64,000 nucleotides of DNA from Phycisphaerales bacterium (GTDB lineage: Bacteria; Planctomycetota; Phycisphaerae; Phycisphaerales; UBA5793), in NCBI GenBank assembly GCA_044229655.1, contig JBGASM010000013.1, forward strand, positions 45 through 64,044, read 5' to 3'. Numbering within the stretch: position 1 is the stretch's first letter; every line of letters begins with the position of its first letter. Shown here piece after piece: positions 27,410 to 38,777 of the stretch. Both the position numbers and the translations under genes were made by a program. The notes under the pieces were generated by a model that saw only the letters and a list, made by a program, of their open reading frames with translations, ran no database searches and was not told the origin of the DNA.

Positions 27410-30262
27410 ATGCCCACCACCGTTGCCCGCCCCCGAAACAAATGGAGCTTCTGGAAAGGTCTGGCCCTCGCGGCCAGCCTCTCCGTCGCTGCTGTCCCCT
27501 CCCTCCTCCTGGCAGACGAAGTCCCCGCCCCTTCCACGCCCCTTCCCTCCAATCCGGACTTTGTCACGGGTACCCTCCCCAACGGACTCAAATACGTCCT
27601 CAAGAAGCATGCCAAGCCCGAGGGACGCGTCGCCCTCATGCTCCAGGTCAACTCAGGCTCCCTCAACGAACGCGATGACCAGCAGGGCCTCGCCCACTTC
27701 CTGGAGCACATGGCCTTCAACGGCTCCAAGAACTTCAAGCCCGGCGACCTCATCCCCTTCTTCGAAAAACTCGGCCTCCAGTTCGGTCGCCACCAGAACG
27801 CCTTCACGTCCTTCGACCAGACCGCCTACATCCTCGACATGCCGCGCAACGACGCTGACTCCGTCAAGGATGCCCTCCTCTGCCTCTCCGACATGGGCTT
27901 CAACCTCCTGCTCCTGCCCGAGGAGATCGACAAGGAACGCGGCATCATCAACGAGGAAGCTCGCACCGGCAAAGGCGCTGATCAGCGCATCCAGGAAAAA
28001 CTCTGGCCCCAATTGATGCCCGGTGCCCGCCTCCCCATGCGCTTCCCCATCGGCAAGGAAGAGGTCTTCATGAAGGCCCCCCGCCAGGCCTTCGTCGATT
28101 ACTACGAAACCTGGTACCGCCCCGAATCCATGACTCTTTATGTCTTCGGCGACATTGACCCCGCCCTCGTCAAGCCCATGCTGGCGGATCTGTTCGGCGG
28201 CCCGGCCAAGCGACCCCAGGTCGCCGAGGCTCCCAGCGGCGTCACCCCCTACACCGCGCAGAAAGCCATCGTCGTCACCGACCCCGAAAAGCGCGGCTGC
28301 GACATCGAGATGACCAGCATCTCCGCCCCGCTTCCTCCCACGACCACCTACGGCGACTTCCGCGCGCGTCAGATCGAGGGCATGGCCTCCGCAATGCTCT
28401 CCAAGCGCTTCGATGAACTTCTCAACAAGGGCGAGGCCCCCTTCCAGAACGCAGGCTTCTCCATCGGCTCCTTCCTCCAGCAGGCCTGCATCGCTTCTGC
28501 CTCCGCCTCCTGCAAGCCCGAGGATTGGCAGGCCACTGCCCAAACGCTGGCTGCCGAACTCCGCCGCGCTCAGGAGCACGGATTCGTTCAGGCCGAACTT
28601 GACGACATGATCAAGGACACCCTCGCCTCTGCCGAGGCCGCAATCCCTCGCGAGGCCACCACGCCCTCCATGGCCTATGTCCAGCGCGTCAGCGGCGCGA
28701 TGCGCGAAGGCGACACCGTCATGTCCGCCCAGCAGCGCTTCGACGCCCTCAAGGCTGTACTCCCCACGATCTCGCTCGCCGATGTGAATGCGGCCTTCCG
28801 CTCCTACGCCGACCCTTCCCGCATGGCCTTCACCCTCACCATGCAGGAAGGTGGCTCGGTCCCCGTCCCCAGCGATGAGGAACTCCTCAGCGCCTTCCGC
28901 GCTGCCTTGGCAATGCCCGTGACCCCCTACACCAAGGCCGCCCGGCCCGACTCGCTCCTCAGCCAGGCTCCCAAGGCCGGCGCTGTCAAGTCAACCGATG
29001 TGGCCTCTGACCTCGGCGTCACCAGCGCCGCTCTTTCCAACGGCGTCGTCATTCACCACAAGTTCAACGACACACGCAAGAACAGCGTCACCGTCGCCAT
29101 CAACATTGCCGGCGGCACCATCGAGGAAACCGCCGCCAATCGCGGCATCACCGAAGCCGCCATCGCCGGCTGGAACCAGACCGCCACCAGCGCCCTCGAC
29201 AGCACCACCATCCGCGACCTCATGGTCGGCAAGAACGTCAGTGTCGGGGCGGGCGATGGTCAGGACTCCCTCTCCCTCAACGTCTCCGGCACGCCCAAGG
29301 ACCTCGAGGCCGGCCTCCAACTGGCCTACCTCATGCTCACCGATCCCGTCATTGAGCAGGCCGCATTCGACAACTGGAAGAAGTCCCGCCTCACCCAACT
29401 CGAAGGCGAGAAGTTCGATCCCGGCGCCAATCTCCGCAAGAACATCTCCGCCGCCCTCAGCGATGACCCGCGCCGTCAGCCCGTCACCGCCGACAACGTC
29501 AACGCGCTCACCCGCGATGACGCCCAAGCTTGGCTCTCCCGCATCATCAAGTCCGGCGCCATCGAAGTCGCCGTCGTCGGCGATGTCTCCGACAAAGATG
29601 CCATGCCCTTGGCCCTGACGTACCTCGGCTCCATCCCCGCGCGGTCCGCCGACTTCTCCGCGCTCAACGCCCTTCGCAAGATGCCCCTCAAACTCAAGGA
29701 TGGCGCCGTCATCGATGCGACCTACGACGCCCAGGCCCCCGTGGCCATCGGCCTGTCCGGCTTCCTCTCCACTGACGCCTCCAACGTCACCGAGAAACGC
29801 CTCATGCAGGTCGCGTCCATGATCATGTCCACCCGCACCAACAAGGTCATCCGCGAGGAGAAGCAGCTCGTCTACTCCATCGGTGCCTCCAGTGCCCCTG
29901 CCGAAATTTATCCCGGCAGCGGCTTCTTCCTCGCCGCCGCTCCCTGCGATCCCAGGAACGCCGCCGAACTCGTCAAGGTCGCCAGCGAGATGTTTGCCGA
30001 GTTCGCCGCTTCCGGGCCCACCGCGGATGAAGTCAGCGTCGCTGTCGGCCAGATTCTCGAGCAACTCGAAAATGATGTGAAGGAGCCCCAGTACTGGATG
30101 GGACGCCTCGCGAAACTCAACATGCGCGGCCGCTCCCTCGATGAGTGCCGTGGCGAGGCCGACTTCTACAAGTCCGTCACGCCCGACCAGATCAAGGCCG
30201 TCTTCAGCAAGTACTGCATCCCGGCCAATCAGGTGAAGATCACTGTCGTTCCCAAGTCCTGA
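27410..30262 (+). CDS. M16 family zinc protease (PqqL-like, single chain)
   Basis: Signal peptide; LPNGLKYV, GSLNE...GLAHFLEHMAFNGS, NAFTSFDQTAY, WYRPE; C-terminal IREEKQLVYS. Confidence 0.95.
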   Translation: MPTTVARPRNKWSFWKGLALAASLSVAAVPSLLLADEVPAPSTPLPSNPDFVTGTLPNGLKYVLKKHAKPEGRVALMLQVNSGSLNERDDQQGLAHFLEHMAFNGSKNFKPGDLIPFFEKLGLQFGRHQNAFTSFDQTAYILDMPRNDADSVKDALLCLSDMGFNLLLLPEEIDKERGIINEEARTGKGADQRIQEKLWPQLMPGARLPMRFPIGKEEVFMKAPRQAFVDYYETWYRPESMTLYVFGDIDPALVKPMLADLFGGPAKRPQVAEAPSGVTPYTAQKAIVVTDPEKRGCDIEMTSISAPLPPTTTYGDFRARQIEGMASAMLSKRFDELLNKGEAPFQNAGFSIGSFLQQACIASASASCKPEDWQATAQTLAAELRRAQEHGFVQAELDDMIKDTLASAEAAIPREATTPSMAYVQRVSGAMREGDTVMSAQQRFDALKAVLPTISLADVNAAFRSYADPSRMAFTLTMQEGGSVPVPSDEELLSAFRAALAMPVTPYTKAARPDSLLSQAPKAGAVKSTDVASDLGVTSAALSNGVVIHHKFNDTRKNSVTVAINIAGGTIEETAANRGITEAAIAGWNQTATSALDSTTIRDLMVGKNVSVGAGDGQDSLSLNVSGTPKDLEAGLQLAYLMLTDPVIEQAAFDNWKKSRLTQLEGEKFDPGANLRKNISAALSDDPRRQPVTADNVNALTRDDAQAWLSRIIKSGAIEVAVVGDVSDKDAMPLALTYLGSIPARSADFSALNALRKMPLKLKDGAVIDATYDAQAPVAIGLSGFLSTDASNVTEKRLMQVASMIMSTRTNKVIREEKQLVYSIGASSAPAEIYPGSGFFLAAAPCDPRNAAELVKVASEMFAEFAASGPTADEVSVAVGQILEQLENDVKEPQYWMGRLAKLNMRGRSLDECRGEADFYKSVTPDQIKAVFSKYCIPANQVKITVVPKS

Positions 30263-30288
30263 TTCGTTGTTCCAACCTTTGACTCCCC

Positions 30289-30322
30289 GCAGGACGGCCC
30301 CGCGCCGTCCTGCTTTGTTTTT
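30289..30322 (+). terminator. Rho-independent terminator
   Basis: GCAGGACGGC-cccgc-GCCGTCCTGC plus TTTGTTTTT. Confidence 0.85.
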
Positions 30323-30343
30323 CGCGCCGACTACACTCACGCG

Positions 30344-31741
30344 ATGTCCCCCTTGGACTACATCCTCCTTCTCCTTCTCGCCCTTGCCCTGGCCGCCGTC
30401 GCCTGGCTCCTCCTCGCCCGTAGCGCGCTAATCGCCGATCGCGCCCAGGCCCTGGCCCAGGCCGATGCCGCCCGCGAAGCCCTCGGCCGCGAGCAATCCG
30501 AACGCCGCGCCCTCGAAGCCAAGGCCGAACGTCTGTCCGCCGACACCTCCTCCATTCGCCTCGAGGCCGAGCGCCTCCGCACCCAGTTGGACGCCTCCGC
30601 CCAGATGCACGCCCAGCGCGTCCGCGAGATCGCGGATCTCCAGGAACAGTTCAAGGCCCACTTCAAGGCCCTCTCCGCCGACGCCCTTCGCGTCAATCGC
30701 GAGGACTTTCTCAAGCACGCCCGCGAAACCTTCGAGGGCGTCCAGAAGGAGTCTCGCAAGGACGATGAGGCTCGCCAGAAGGCCATTGACGAGATGGTCA
30801 AGCCCGTCCGCGAGAGTCTCGCCAAGTACGAAACCAAGCTCGAATCCATCGAGAAGGACCGCGCCGCCGCCCATGCAGCCCTCGGCGCTCAGGTCAAAAC
30901 CATGAGCGAAGCGGGTCAGGCTCTCCGCGAGGAGACCGGCAGACTCGTCAAGGCCCTGGGCAAGCCCGGCATCCGCGGCCGCTGGGGCGAACTCACCCTC
31001 CGCCGCGTGGTCGAACTCGCCGGCATGAGCGCGCATTGCGACTTCTCCGAGCAGGTCGTCGCCGACGTCGGCCGCCTCCGCCCCGATCTCATCGTCCACC
31101 TGCCCGGCGAGTGTCAGATCGTTGTCGACGCCAAGGCCCCTCTCGACGGCTACCTCGCCGCCATGGAAGCCCAGACTGATGCGGACCGCGCTCTCCACCT
31201 CGCCCGCCACGTTGAGCACGTCCGCGCCAAGGTCGCCGAACTGAGCCACAAGCGCTATTGGGAGCAGTTCCCCCGTACCCCCGAATTCGTCATCATGTTT
31301 GTCCCCGGCGAGTCCTTCCTCGAAGAAGCCCTTCGTCAGGACCCTGCCCTCCTCGAACGCTCCGTCGCCGAAGGCGTTGTCATCGCCACCCCCCTCACCC
31401 TCATCTCCCTTCTCAAGGCCGTTTCCTACGGCTGGCAGCAGCAGCGCCTCGCCGACAACGCCCAGGCCGTCATCGAAGTCGGCCGCGAAATGCACAACCG
31501 CCTCGCCATCCTCGCCGACCACCTGACCAAAGTGGGTGATGGCCTGCAGAAAGCCGTCGCCTCCTACAACGACTTCGTCGGCTCCTTTGAACGCAACGCC
31601 CTCTCCCAGGCCCGCCGCTTCGAAGAACTCAGCGTCCGCTCCTCCAAGCCGCTCGCTCAACCCGAATCCCTCGACCTCCGCGTGCGCGAGATTCGCTCCG
31701 CTCCCTCCTCTCAACGTCTCCTTTCCGAAGATCGACCCTGA
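30344..31741 (+). CDS. rmuC: DNA recombination protein RmuC
   Basis: N-terminal TM plus coiled coil; RGRWGELTLRRVVE, RPDLIVHLPG, VVDAKAP, PEFVIMFVPGE, ATPLTL. Confidence 0.95.
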   Translation: MSPLDYILLLLLALALAAVAWLLLARSALIADRAQALAQADAAREALGREQSERRALEAKAERLSADTSSIRLEAERLRTQLDASAQMHAQRVREIADLQEQFKAHFKALSADALRVNREDFLKHARETFEGVQKESRKDDEARQKAIDEMVKPVRESLAKYETKLESIEKDRAAAHAALGAQVKTMSEAGQALREETGRLVKALGKPGIRGRWGELTLRRVVELAGMSAHCDFSEQVVADVGRLRPDLIVHLPGECQIVVDAKAPLDGYLAAMEAQTDADRALHLARHVEHVRAKVAELSHKRYWEQFPRTPEFVIMFVPGESFLEEALRQDPALLERSVAEGVVIATPLTLISLLKAVSYGWQQQRLADNAQAVIEVGREMHNRLAILADHLTKVGDGLQKAVASYNDFVGSFERNALSQARRFEELSVRSSKPLAQPESLDLRVREIRSAPSSQRLLSEDRP

Positions 31742-32517
31742 TGCGCATCCTCATCACCGGAGCCTCCAGCGGCATCGGCCGCGCCCTCGCCGAGCACTAC
31801 GCCCAGCGCGGCGATTCCGTCGGCGCGCTCGCTCGCCGGGCTGATGTCCTCGCTGACCTCGCTCGTCAGTTCCCCTCCCTCACCCCTCTCCCCGCCGACA
31901 TCACCGACCCCGACGCTGTGTCCCGCGCCGTTCACGACTTTGCCTCCAAAGTCGGCGGGCTCGACATCCTCTACGCCAACGCAGGCATCGGCCAGCAATC
32001 TCCTGACGAGGCCTGGGATCTTGCCAAGGCGCGCACCCTCACCACCGCCAACGTCCTCGGCACGCTCAACACCGTTACTCCCGCCCTCGCTGTCATGATG
32101 GCCCAGCGCGCAGGCCACATCGTCGGCATCTCCAGCCTCGCCGGCGTCACGCCCATGCCTGCCTCCGCCCTCTATGGCTCCAGCAAGGCCTGGCTCGCCT
32201 TCTACCTCCGCTCCCTCGAAATGGATCTGGGCCAGTCCCACAACCTCCGCTTCACCCTCGTCATGCCCGGCCACGTCTCCACCGCCATGGTCGATGGCTC
32301 CTCCGTCGGCATGGTCACCGACAGCGCGCTTCGCGCCGCCGAACGCATCGCCTCAGGCGTCGCCGCCGGCAAACGCACCATCGCCTTCCCTCGCAAGGTC
32401 GCCCTCCTCGCCCGCCTCTCCGCATTCCTCCCCCACGCCACTCGCGCCCGCATGCAGAACAAGCGCCTCGCCAAACGCAAGTCCCAGCGCACCTCCAAGG
32501 GACTGGGCCACACCTGA
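31741..32517 (+). CDS. Short-chain dehydrogenase/reductase
   Basis: ITGASSGIG, NAG, YGSSK; TGATG coupling to rmuC. Confidence 0.92.
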   Translation: MRILITGASSGIGRALAEHYAQRGDSVGALARRADVLADLARQFPSLTPLPADITDPDAVSRAVHDFASKVGGLDILYANAGIGQQSPDEAWDLAKARTLTTANVLGTLNTVTPALAVMMAQRAGHIVGISSLAGVTPMPASALYGSSKAWLAFYLRSLEMDLGQSHNLRFTLVMPGHVSTAMVDGSSVGMVTDSALRAAERIASGVAAGKRTIAFPRKVALLARLSAFLPHATRARMQNKRLAKRKSQRTSKGLGHT

Positions 32518-32524
32518 TCGCTGC

Positions 32525-34069
32525 TCACTTCACCCACGCATCGTCCCACGCCATGCCCGTGGGGATCTCCGCTCCTTCTCCGCGCTCCACCATGTTCGCC
32601 ACCGGATACGCGCAGTAATCCACGCTGAACGCCCCCGCAGGCCGGTGATTCCCGCTCTGGCCCACGCCTCCGAACGGCAGCTTCGACGATGCGCCCGCCG
32701 TCCCCGTGTTGTGGTTGATGCACCCGCAGCGCGCCTCCCGAAAAAACCTCTCCGCATCATCCGCGCTCGCCGTGAATATTGCCGCCGCCAGCCCATACTT
32801 CGTCGCATTCGCCTGCGCAATCCCATCCGCCAGGTCCCGGCACGTCGAGACCTGCGCGAGCGGCCCGAACACCTCGCAGTCCCGGTCAAAATCTCTCCAC
32901 GCCTCCGTGAATGCCGGCCCCCGCAGAATCCCCGGCGTCACGAACGCTGCCCCCAGCGCATCCATCCGCTTCGCCTCCACGACCACCTTCGCCCCCCGCG
33001 CCGCCAATCCCTTCTGAAACGCCAGCACCGCATCCACTGCCCCCGCATTGATCACCGGCCCCATGAATGGCGCCGGCGTCGCTCTTCCTGACCCCACCGT
33101 CAGCGCCCTCGTCGCCTTTTCAAACGCTGCCATGAACCGCTCGGCGATCTTCTCATGGACGATGATCCGCCGTGTGCATGTGCATCGCTGCCCGCTCGTG
33201 GCGAATGCCGACCGCACGCACTCGATCACCGCCTGCTTGAAGTGCGCATCGGGCATCACCACCGTCGCGTTGTTGCCTCCCATCTCCAGCGCGATGATTC
33301 GCCCCGGCCGGTCCAGGTTCGCTTCCAGGATTCTTCGCCCCACCGGCCACGACCCCGTGAACAGGATCCCGTCGATTTCTTCGTGACTCACCAGCCCCGC
33401 TGCGATCTCCGCGCCCCCTTGCACGAGATTCACCACTCCCGCCGGCAGCCCCGCGTCGTGAAACACTTCGATGAGCGCTTGCCCGACCGCCGGCGCCTTG
33501 TCCGACGGCTTGAACACGATCGTGTTCCCCGCCGCCAGCGCTGGAATGATGTGCCCATTGGGCAGATGCGCCGGAAAATTGAACGGCCCCACCACCGCCA
33601 TCACTCCGTGCGGCTTGAAACGCGCGTTCCCCACCCGCGTTGCATTCACCCCCACCGTGAAGTCCGTGATCCGCCGGATCGCGCCCGCTTCCTCCATCGT
33701 GATGTCCACCTTCGCCCCCAGCAGCCCCACCTCCGCTTTCGCTTCCGGCAGCGTCTTGCCCACCTCGTCCGTGATGAGGTCCGCCAGGCGATCCTTGTGC
33801 CTGTTCACCGCCTCCTTGAACTTCACCAGATACCCCGCCCGCTCAGCCAGCGTCATCCCTGCCCACGCCCTCAGCGCACCCCGCGCCGCGTTGATCGCCT
33901 CATCGAGATGCGCCCGCTCAGCCACCGCCGAATACACCACCTCCTCCAGCCGCGCCGGATTCCGCGACGTCACCGCCCCCCGCTCCGTTGCCTCCCTCGG
34001 CCCCCTGAGCGCAACGAACTGACCGCCGATGTAGTTCGATACTGAATGAGTCAGGAGCGCATTGGTCAT
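32525..34069 (-). CDS. Aldehyde dehydrogenase, succinylglutamate-semialdehyde dehydrogenase (AstD)-like
   Basis: KPHGVMAVVGPFNFPAHLPNGHI, FTGS, ALEMGGNN, GQRCTC, TAGASSKLPFGGVGQSGNHRP, DYCAYP. Confidence 0.85.
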   Translation of the reverse strand: MTNALLTHSVSNYIGGQFVALRGPREATERGAVTSRNPARLEEVVYSAVAERAHLDEAINAARGALRAWAGMTLAERAGYLVKFKEAVNRHKDRLADLITDEVGKTLPEAKAEVGLLGAKVDITMEEAGAIRRITDFTVGVNATRVGNARFKPHGVMAVVGPFNFPAHLPNGHIIPALAAGNTIVFKPSDKAPAVGQALIEVFHDAGLPAGVVNLVQGGAEIAAGLVSHEEIDGILFTGSWPVGRRILEANLDRPGRIIALEMGGNNATVVMPDAHFKQAVIECVRSAFATSGQRCTCTRRIIVHEKIAERFMAAFEKATRALTVGSGRATPAPFMGPVINAGAVDAVLAFQKGLAARGAKVVVEAKRMDALGAAFVTPGILRGPAFTEAWRDFDRDCEVFGPLAQVSTCRDLADGIAQANATKYGLAAAIFTASADDAERFFREARCGCINHNTGTAGASSKLPFGGVGQSGNHRPAGAFSVDYCAYPVANMVERGEGAEIPTGMAWDDAWVK

Positions 34070-34073
34070 GGGA

Positions 34074-34427
34074 TCACGTCACCGGTTTGTGCTGCAGCGA
34101 CAAAATGAGCAGCGATGAGTCTGGATCATTTCCAAATCGCACGATATCTGCAATGTGATTCTGCATCAGGCGCAGGATGATCTGTGTGCTGGAGTTTCCC
34201 ACTTTGAGCCAGATCACCTTTGGTGGATGGCCATGCAGAAATGCATATTGCCTGAAGTCATCGTCTTTGGTCACGATGATCAGGTCGTGCGCGCGTGCAT
34301 GATTCCACACGTCCAGATCGCTCGCCCGGTGCAGATGAATCAGGCAGACATGCGTGATGCCCGGGAACGCTCGCTCCAGTGCGCTGACGAGCCGGTGCGA
34401 CAGATTCTCGTCCAAGAGCAGTTTCAC
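34074..34427 (-). CDS. DUF5615 PIN-like toxin (VapC45-type)
   Basis: GTG start (MKLLLDENLS), ASDLDVW, IVTKDDDF, PPKVIWL; GTGA overlap with the antitoxin stop. Confidence 0.88.
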   Translation of the reverse strand: MKLLLDENLSHRLVSALERAFPGITHVCLIHLHRASDLDVWNHARAHDLIIVTKDDDFRQYAFLHGHPPKVIWLKVGNSSTQIILRLMQNHIADIVRFGNDPDSSLLILSLQHKPVT

Positions 34428-34648
34428 GCCGAAATGCTCGTCATTCGCCGCTCCCGGTCCGCCGCGAACGCCAGGCACGCTCGAATGTCCTCGCTGGTCA
34501 ACTCCGGAAAATCTGCCACGATCTCCGCTTCGGTCATTCCGGATGCCAGATAGTCAAGGACATCCGACACCGTGATCCGCAGCCCTCGAATGCACGGCTT
34601 GCCGCCGCGCTTCCCAGGCTCAATCGTGATGATCTGCCGATAGTCCAT
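34424..34648 (-). CDS. DUF433 antitoxin (VapB45-type)
   Basis: IITIEPGKRGGKPCIRGLRITVSDVLDYLASGM...FPELT.EDIRACLAFAA. Confidence 0.92.
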   Translation of the reverse strand: MDYRQIITIEPGKRGGKPCIRGLRITVSDVLDYLASGMTEAEIVADFPELTSEDIRACLAFAADRERRMTSISA

Positions 34649-34687
34649 GGCAAATCCTACACCGATCACTTTCCTCGGCCCCCCTCC

Positions 34688-35515
34688 TCAAAACCTCTTA
34701 TGCACAGGCCTCTCCTTCGGCCCGCTCACCCCCAGCACCGCCCGCACCAGCCGCAAATCCGCCCCCGTCGTCACCTTGATGTTCGTCGCCTCCCCCATCA
34801 CCGCGTGCACCGTCTCACCCAGTCGCTCCACCGCCATCGCATCATCCGTCACCCCCTGCAGTTTCCCGCTCTCCACCCCGTATGCCCTGCGGATCAGTTC
34901 CGCCGTGAAGATCTGCGGCGTCTGCGCTTCGTGCAGGTTCCGCCGGTCCACCGTCTCCTTCACCTTCCGCGCCTTCGCCGACCGCTCCTCCACGATGTCA
35001 TCCCCCAAGATCCGCGCTGCGATCGGGTCATGCTCCGCCGCCGCCACCGTCTCCTCGCTCACCCGCTTGATCGTCGCATGGATCGGCAATGTCGGTATCA
35101 CCGCCGCATGCAGCCCCGCCGCCTCAATCAATCGATCCAGCAATTCATCGCTCACCGCAGGCCGCGCTGCGTCATGCACCGCCACGTGTGTGCACTTCTC
35201 CCACTCCACCGCCTCCAACCCCGCCTTCACAGTCTCCCACCGTTCCTTCTTCCCCCCGCGCACCACCTTCGCCCCGTGAAACGCCAGTTGCGCGCCGTAC
35301 TTCCCGCGAAACTCCTCAAACCGCTCCTCCGTGTCCCCCGGCCCTGCCACCACAATGCACTTCACCTCCTCACGCTTCACGAAAATCTCCACCGTCCGCA
35401 GCAGCATCGGCCGCCCGCCCAGGTCCTGCGCCAACTTGTCCTGCCCCATGCCGAACCGGCTCGAACTTCCCCCCGCCGCGATGATCACCGCCAGTCTCAC
35501 GTCGCTCATGCCCAT
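34688..35515 (-). CDS. ispD: 2-C-methyl-D-erythritol 4-phosphate cytidylyltransferase
   Basis: IIAAGGSSSRF, RGGKKERWETV, VHDAARP, AQTPQIF, TDDA, NIKVTT. Confidence 0.92.
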   Translation of the reverse strand: MGMSDVRLAVIIAAGGSSSRFGMGQDKLAQDLGGRPMLLRTVEIFVKREEVKCIVVAGPGDTEERFEEFRGKYGAQLAFHGAKVVRGGKKERWETVKAGLEAVEWEKCTHVAVHDAARPAVSDELLDRLIEAAGLHAAVIPTLPIHATIKRVSEETVAAAEHDPIAARILGDDIVEERSAKARKVKETVDRRNLHEAQTPQIFTAELIRRAYGVESGKLQGVTDDAMAVERLGETVHAVMGEATNIKVTTGADLRLVRAVLGVSGPKERPVHKRF

Positions 35516-35572
35516 GTCACGCCTCCGTAGCCTTCATGCTGCCAAACCCCATCCTACTACCCTCTGCCTTCC

Positions 35573-36388
35573 ATGTCAGCCGGCCGCCCCGATCCCATTC
35601 CCATCGCCTCACTCGACGATCCCCGCATCGCCGTCTTCCGCAATCTCAAGGACAAGGAACTCGCCGCCTCCGCCGATGACCTCTTCATCGCCGAGGGCGA
35701 AACCCTCGTCCGCCGCCTCCTGGCCAGCCCCTTCCCCATCCACTCCATCCTCGTCACCGAGAAACGCGCTTCCAACCTCGCTCCCCTCGTCCCCCCTGAC
35801 ATTCCTCTCTATGTCTCCCCCGAAAAACTCATTCACGCCATCATCGGCTTCAAGTTCCACTCCGGCGTCATAGGCTGCGGCCGCCGCCTCCCTTCTCCCT
35901 CTCTCCCTTCCATTCTCTCCCGCAGCGATTCCGCCACCCTCGTCGTCATCCCCGAGGTCAACAACCTCGAAAACCTCGGCTCCCTCATCCGCATCTCCGC
36001 CGCCTTCGGGGCCACCGCCCTCGTCCTCGGCGAGCATTGCGCTGACCCCTTCTGGCGCCGCTCCATCCGCGTCAGCATGGGCGCTGTCTTCTCCCTCCCC
36101 ATCATCCGTTCCGCCAACCTCACTTCCGACCTGCGCACTTATCAAGAGCACTGGGGGGGCGAACTCATCGCCGCCGTCTGCGACCCTTCCGCCCAACCCC
36201 TCTCCTCCGCCTCCCGCCCCAAACGCCTCGCCCTCCTCTTCGGGCAGGAAGGCCCCGGCCTCTCACCCGCCTACATCTCCGCCTGCGACCGCAGCGTCAC
36301 CATCCCCATGCACTACGACACCGACTCCCTCAACGTCGCCATCGCCGCCGCCGTCTTCCTCTACCACTTCACAACGAGAGTCGCCTAG
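35573..36388 (+). CDS. TrmH/SpoU family RNA methyltransferase
   Basis: FIAEG, NLENLGSLIR, RRSIRVSMG, FGQEGPGL, IPM...DSLNVAIAAAV. Confidence 0.93.
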   Translation: MSAGRPDPIPIASLDDPRIAVFRNLKDKELAASADDLFIAEGETLVRRLLASPFPIHSILVTEKRASNLAPLVPPDIPLYVSPEKLIHAIIGFKFHSGVIGCGRRLPSPSLPSILSRSDSATLVVIPEVNNLENLGSLIRISAAFGATALVLGEHCADPFWRRSIRVSMGAVFSLPIIRSANLTSDLRTYQEHWGGELIAAVCDPSAQPLSSASRPKRLALLFGQEGPGLSPAYISACDRSVTIPMHYDTDSLNVAIAAAVFLYHFTTRVA

Positions 36389-36462
36389 AAATGCGGTAGT
36401 CAGCATGCCGAAACCAATTGTTGTTTCGGTGGCCGGTTCACGTGGTGCTTGAGGTGATGAAC

Positions 36463-36882
36463 ATGCTGAAAACCGCCATCGAAGTTGGTCTTCTCATCAT
36501 CTTCATCCTTGCGCCACTTGTGGTGGTGGCGGTAGCCGTGATTCCGCATCGCGGATGGGCGATCGCTGTTGCCTATGTTCTCGCCCTATTGACTGGGGCC
36601 ATTTCAATCTGGTTGATCGCCATGCTCCAGCAGGGGCTCAAGGGCCAAATCTACTGGCCCGGTACGTTGGTCGCCCTTTGGCCCATCCCGCTGATCCTTT
36701 GTGCTTCCCACTTCATAAAGCCCGGTTTCTATTGGTTCAAGTCGCATTCCGATATTGACGCCTCTCGTCAATGTGCATCCTGTGGCTACGACCTTCGTGC
36801 AACCCGCGAGCCCCGCTGCCCCGAGTGCGGTACCGCGCTGACTTCTTCATCGGACGGGAACTCCATGAGAACGCCGTCATAA
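36463..36882 (+). CDS. Small membrane protein with C-terminal CxxC...CPECG zinc ribbon
   Basis: Three TM segments then CASCGYDLRATREPRCPECG; GAGGTG SD; lower GC than neighbours. Confidence 0.75.
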   Translation: MLKTAIEVGLLIIFILAPLVVVAVAVIPHRGWAIAVAYVLALLTGAISIWLIAMLQQGLKGQIYWPGTLVALWPIPLILCASHFIKPGFYWFKSHSDIDASRQCASCGYDLRATREPRCPECGTALTSSSDGNSMRTPS

Positions 36883-36893
36883 ACTGCCCCACC

Positions 36894-37256
36894 ATGTTCA
36901 CCCGCGGCCTCTCCACCGTCCTCCTCCTCCTCTGCTCCAACATCTGCATGACCTTCGCGTGGTATTACCACCTCGGCAAACGCGACACCTGGCCGCTCCT
37001 CACCGCCATCTTCCTCTCCTGGCTCATCGCCCTCCCCGAATACGCCCTCCAGGTCCCCGCCAACCGCATCGGCTACGCCGCCGCCGGCGGACCCTTCACC
37101 CTTCCCCAACTCAAGATCATCCAGGAAGCCGTCACCCTCCTCGTCTTCACAGCCTTCACCATCCTCGTCATGCACGAGAAACCCCGCCCCAACGACTACT
37201 TCGCCATGCTCCTCATCTTCCTTGCCGTCCTCGTCTCCTTCGCAGGCAAGAAGTAA
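36894..37256 (+). CDS. DMT family (DUF486-like) small membrane protein
   Basis: SNICMTFAWYYHL, SWLIALPEYALQVPANRIG, QLKIIQEAVTL. Confidence 0.9.
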   Translation: MFTRGLSTVLLLLCSNICMTFAWYYHLGKRDTWPLLTAIFLSWLIALPEYALQVPANRIGYAAAGGPFTLPQLKIIQEAVTLLVFTAFTILVMHEKPRPNDYFAMLLIFLAVLVSFAGKK

Positions 37257-37289
37257 TCTCACCGCAACCCTTAACACCCACAAACAAAC

Positions 37290-37326
37290 AGCCCACGGCT
37301 ACTGCACCGTGGGCTTCTTTCATTTT
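37290..37326. terminator. Hairpin/terminator between convergent DMT gene and gdhA
   Basis: AGCCCACGG-ctactgca-CCGTGGGCT with a T-rich 3' flank and an A-rich 5' flank. Confidence 0.75.
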
Positions 37327-37349
37327 CCACTTCATCCTCGCGTCGCTCC

Positions 37350-38777
<1,428 letters not shown>

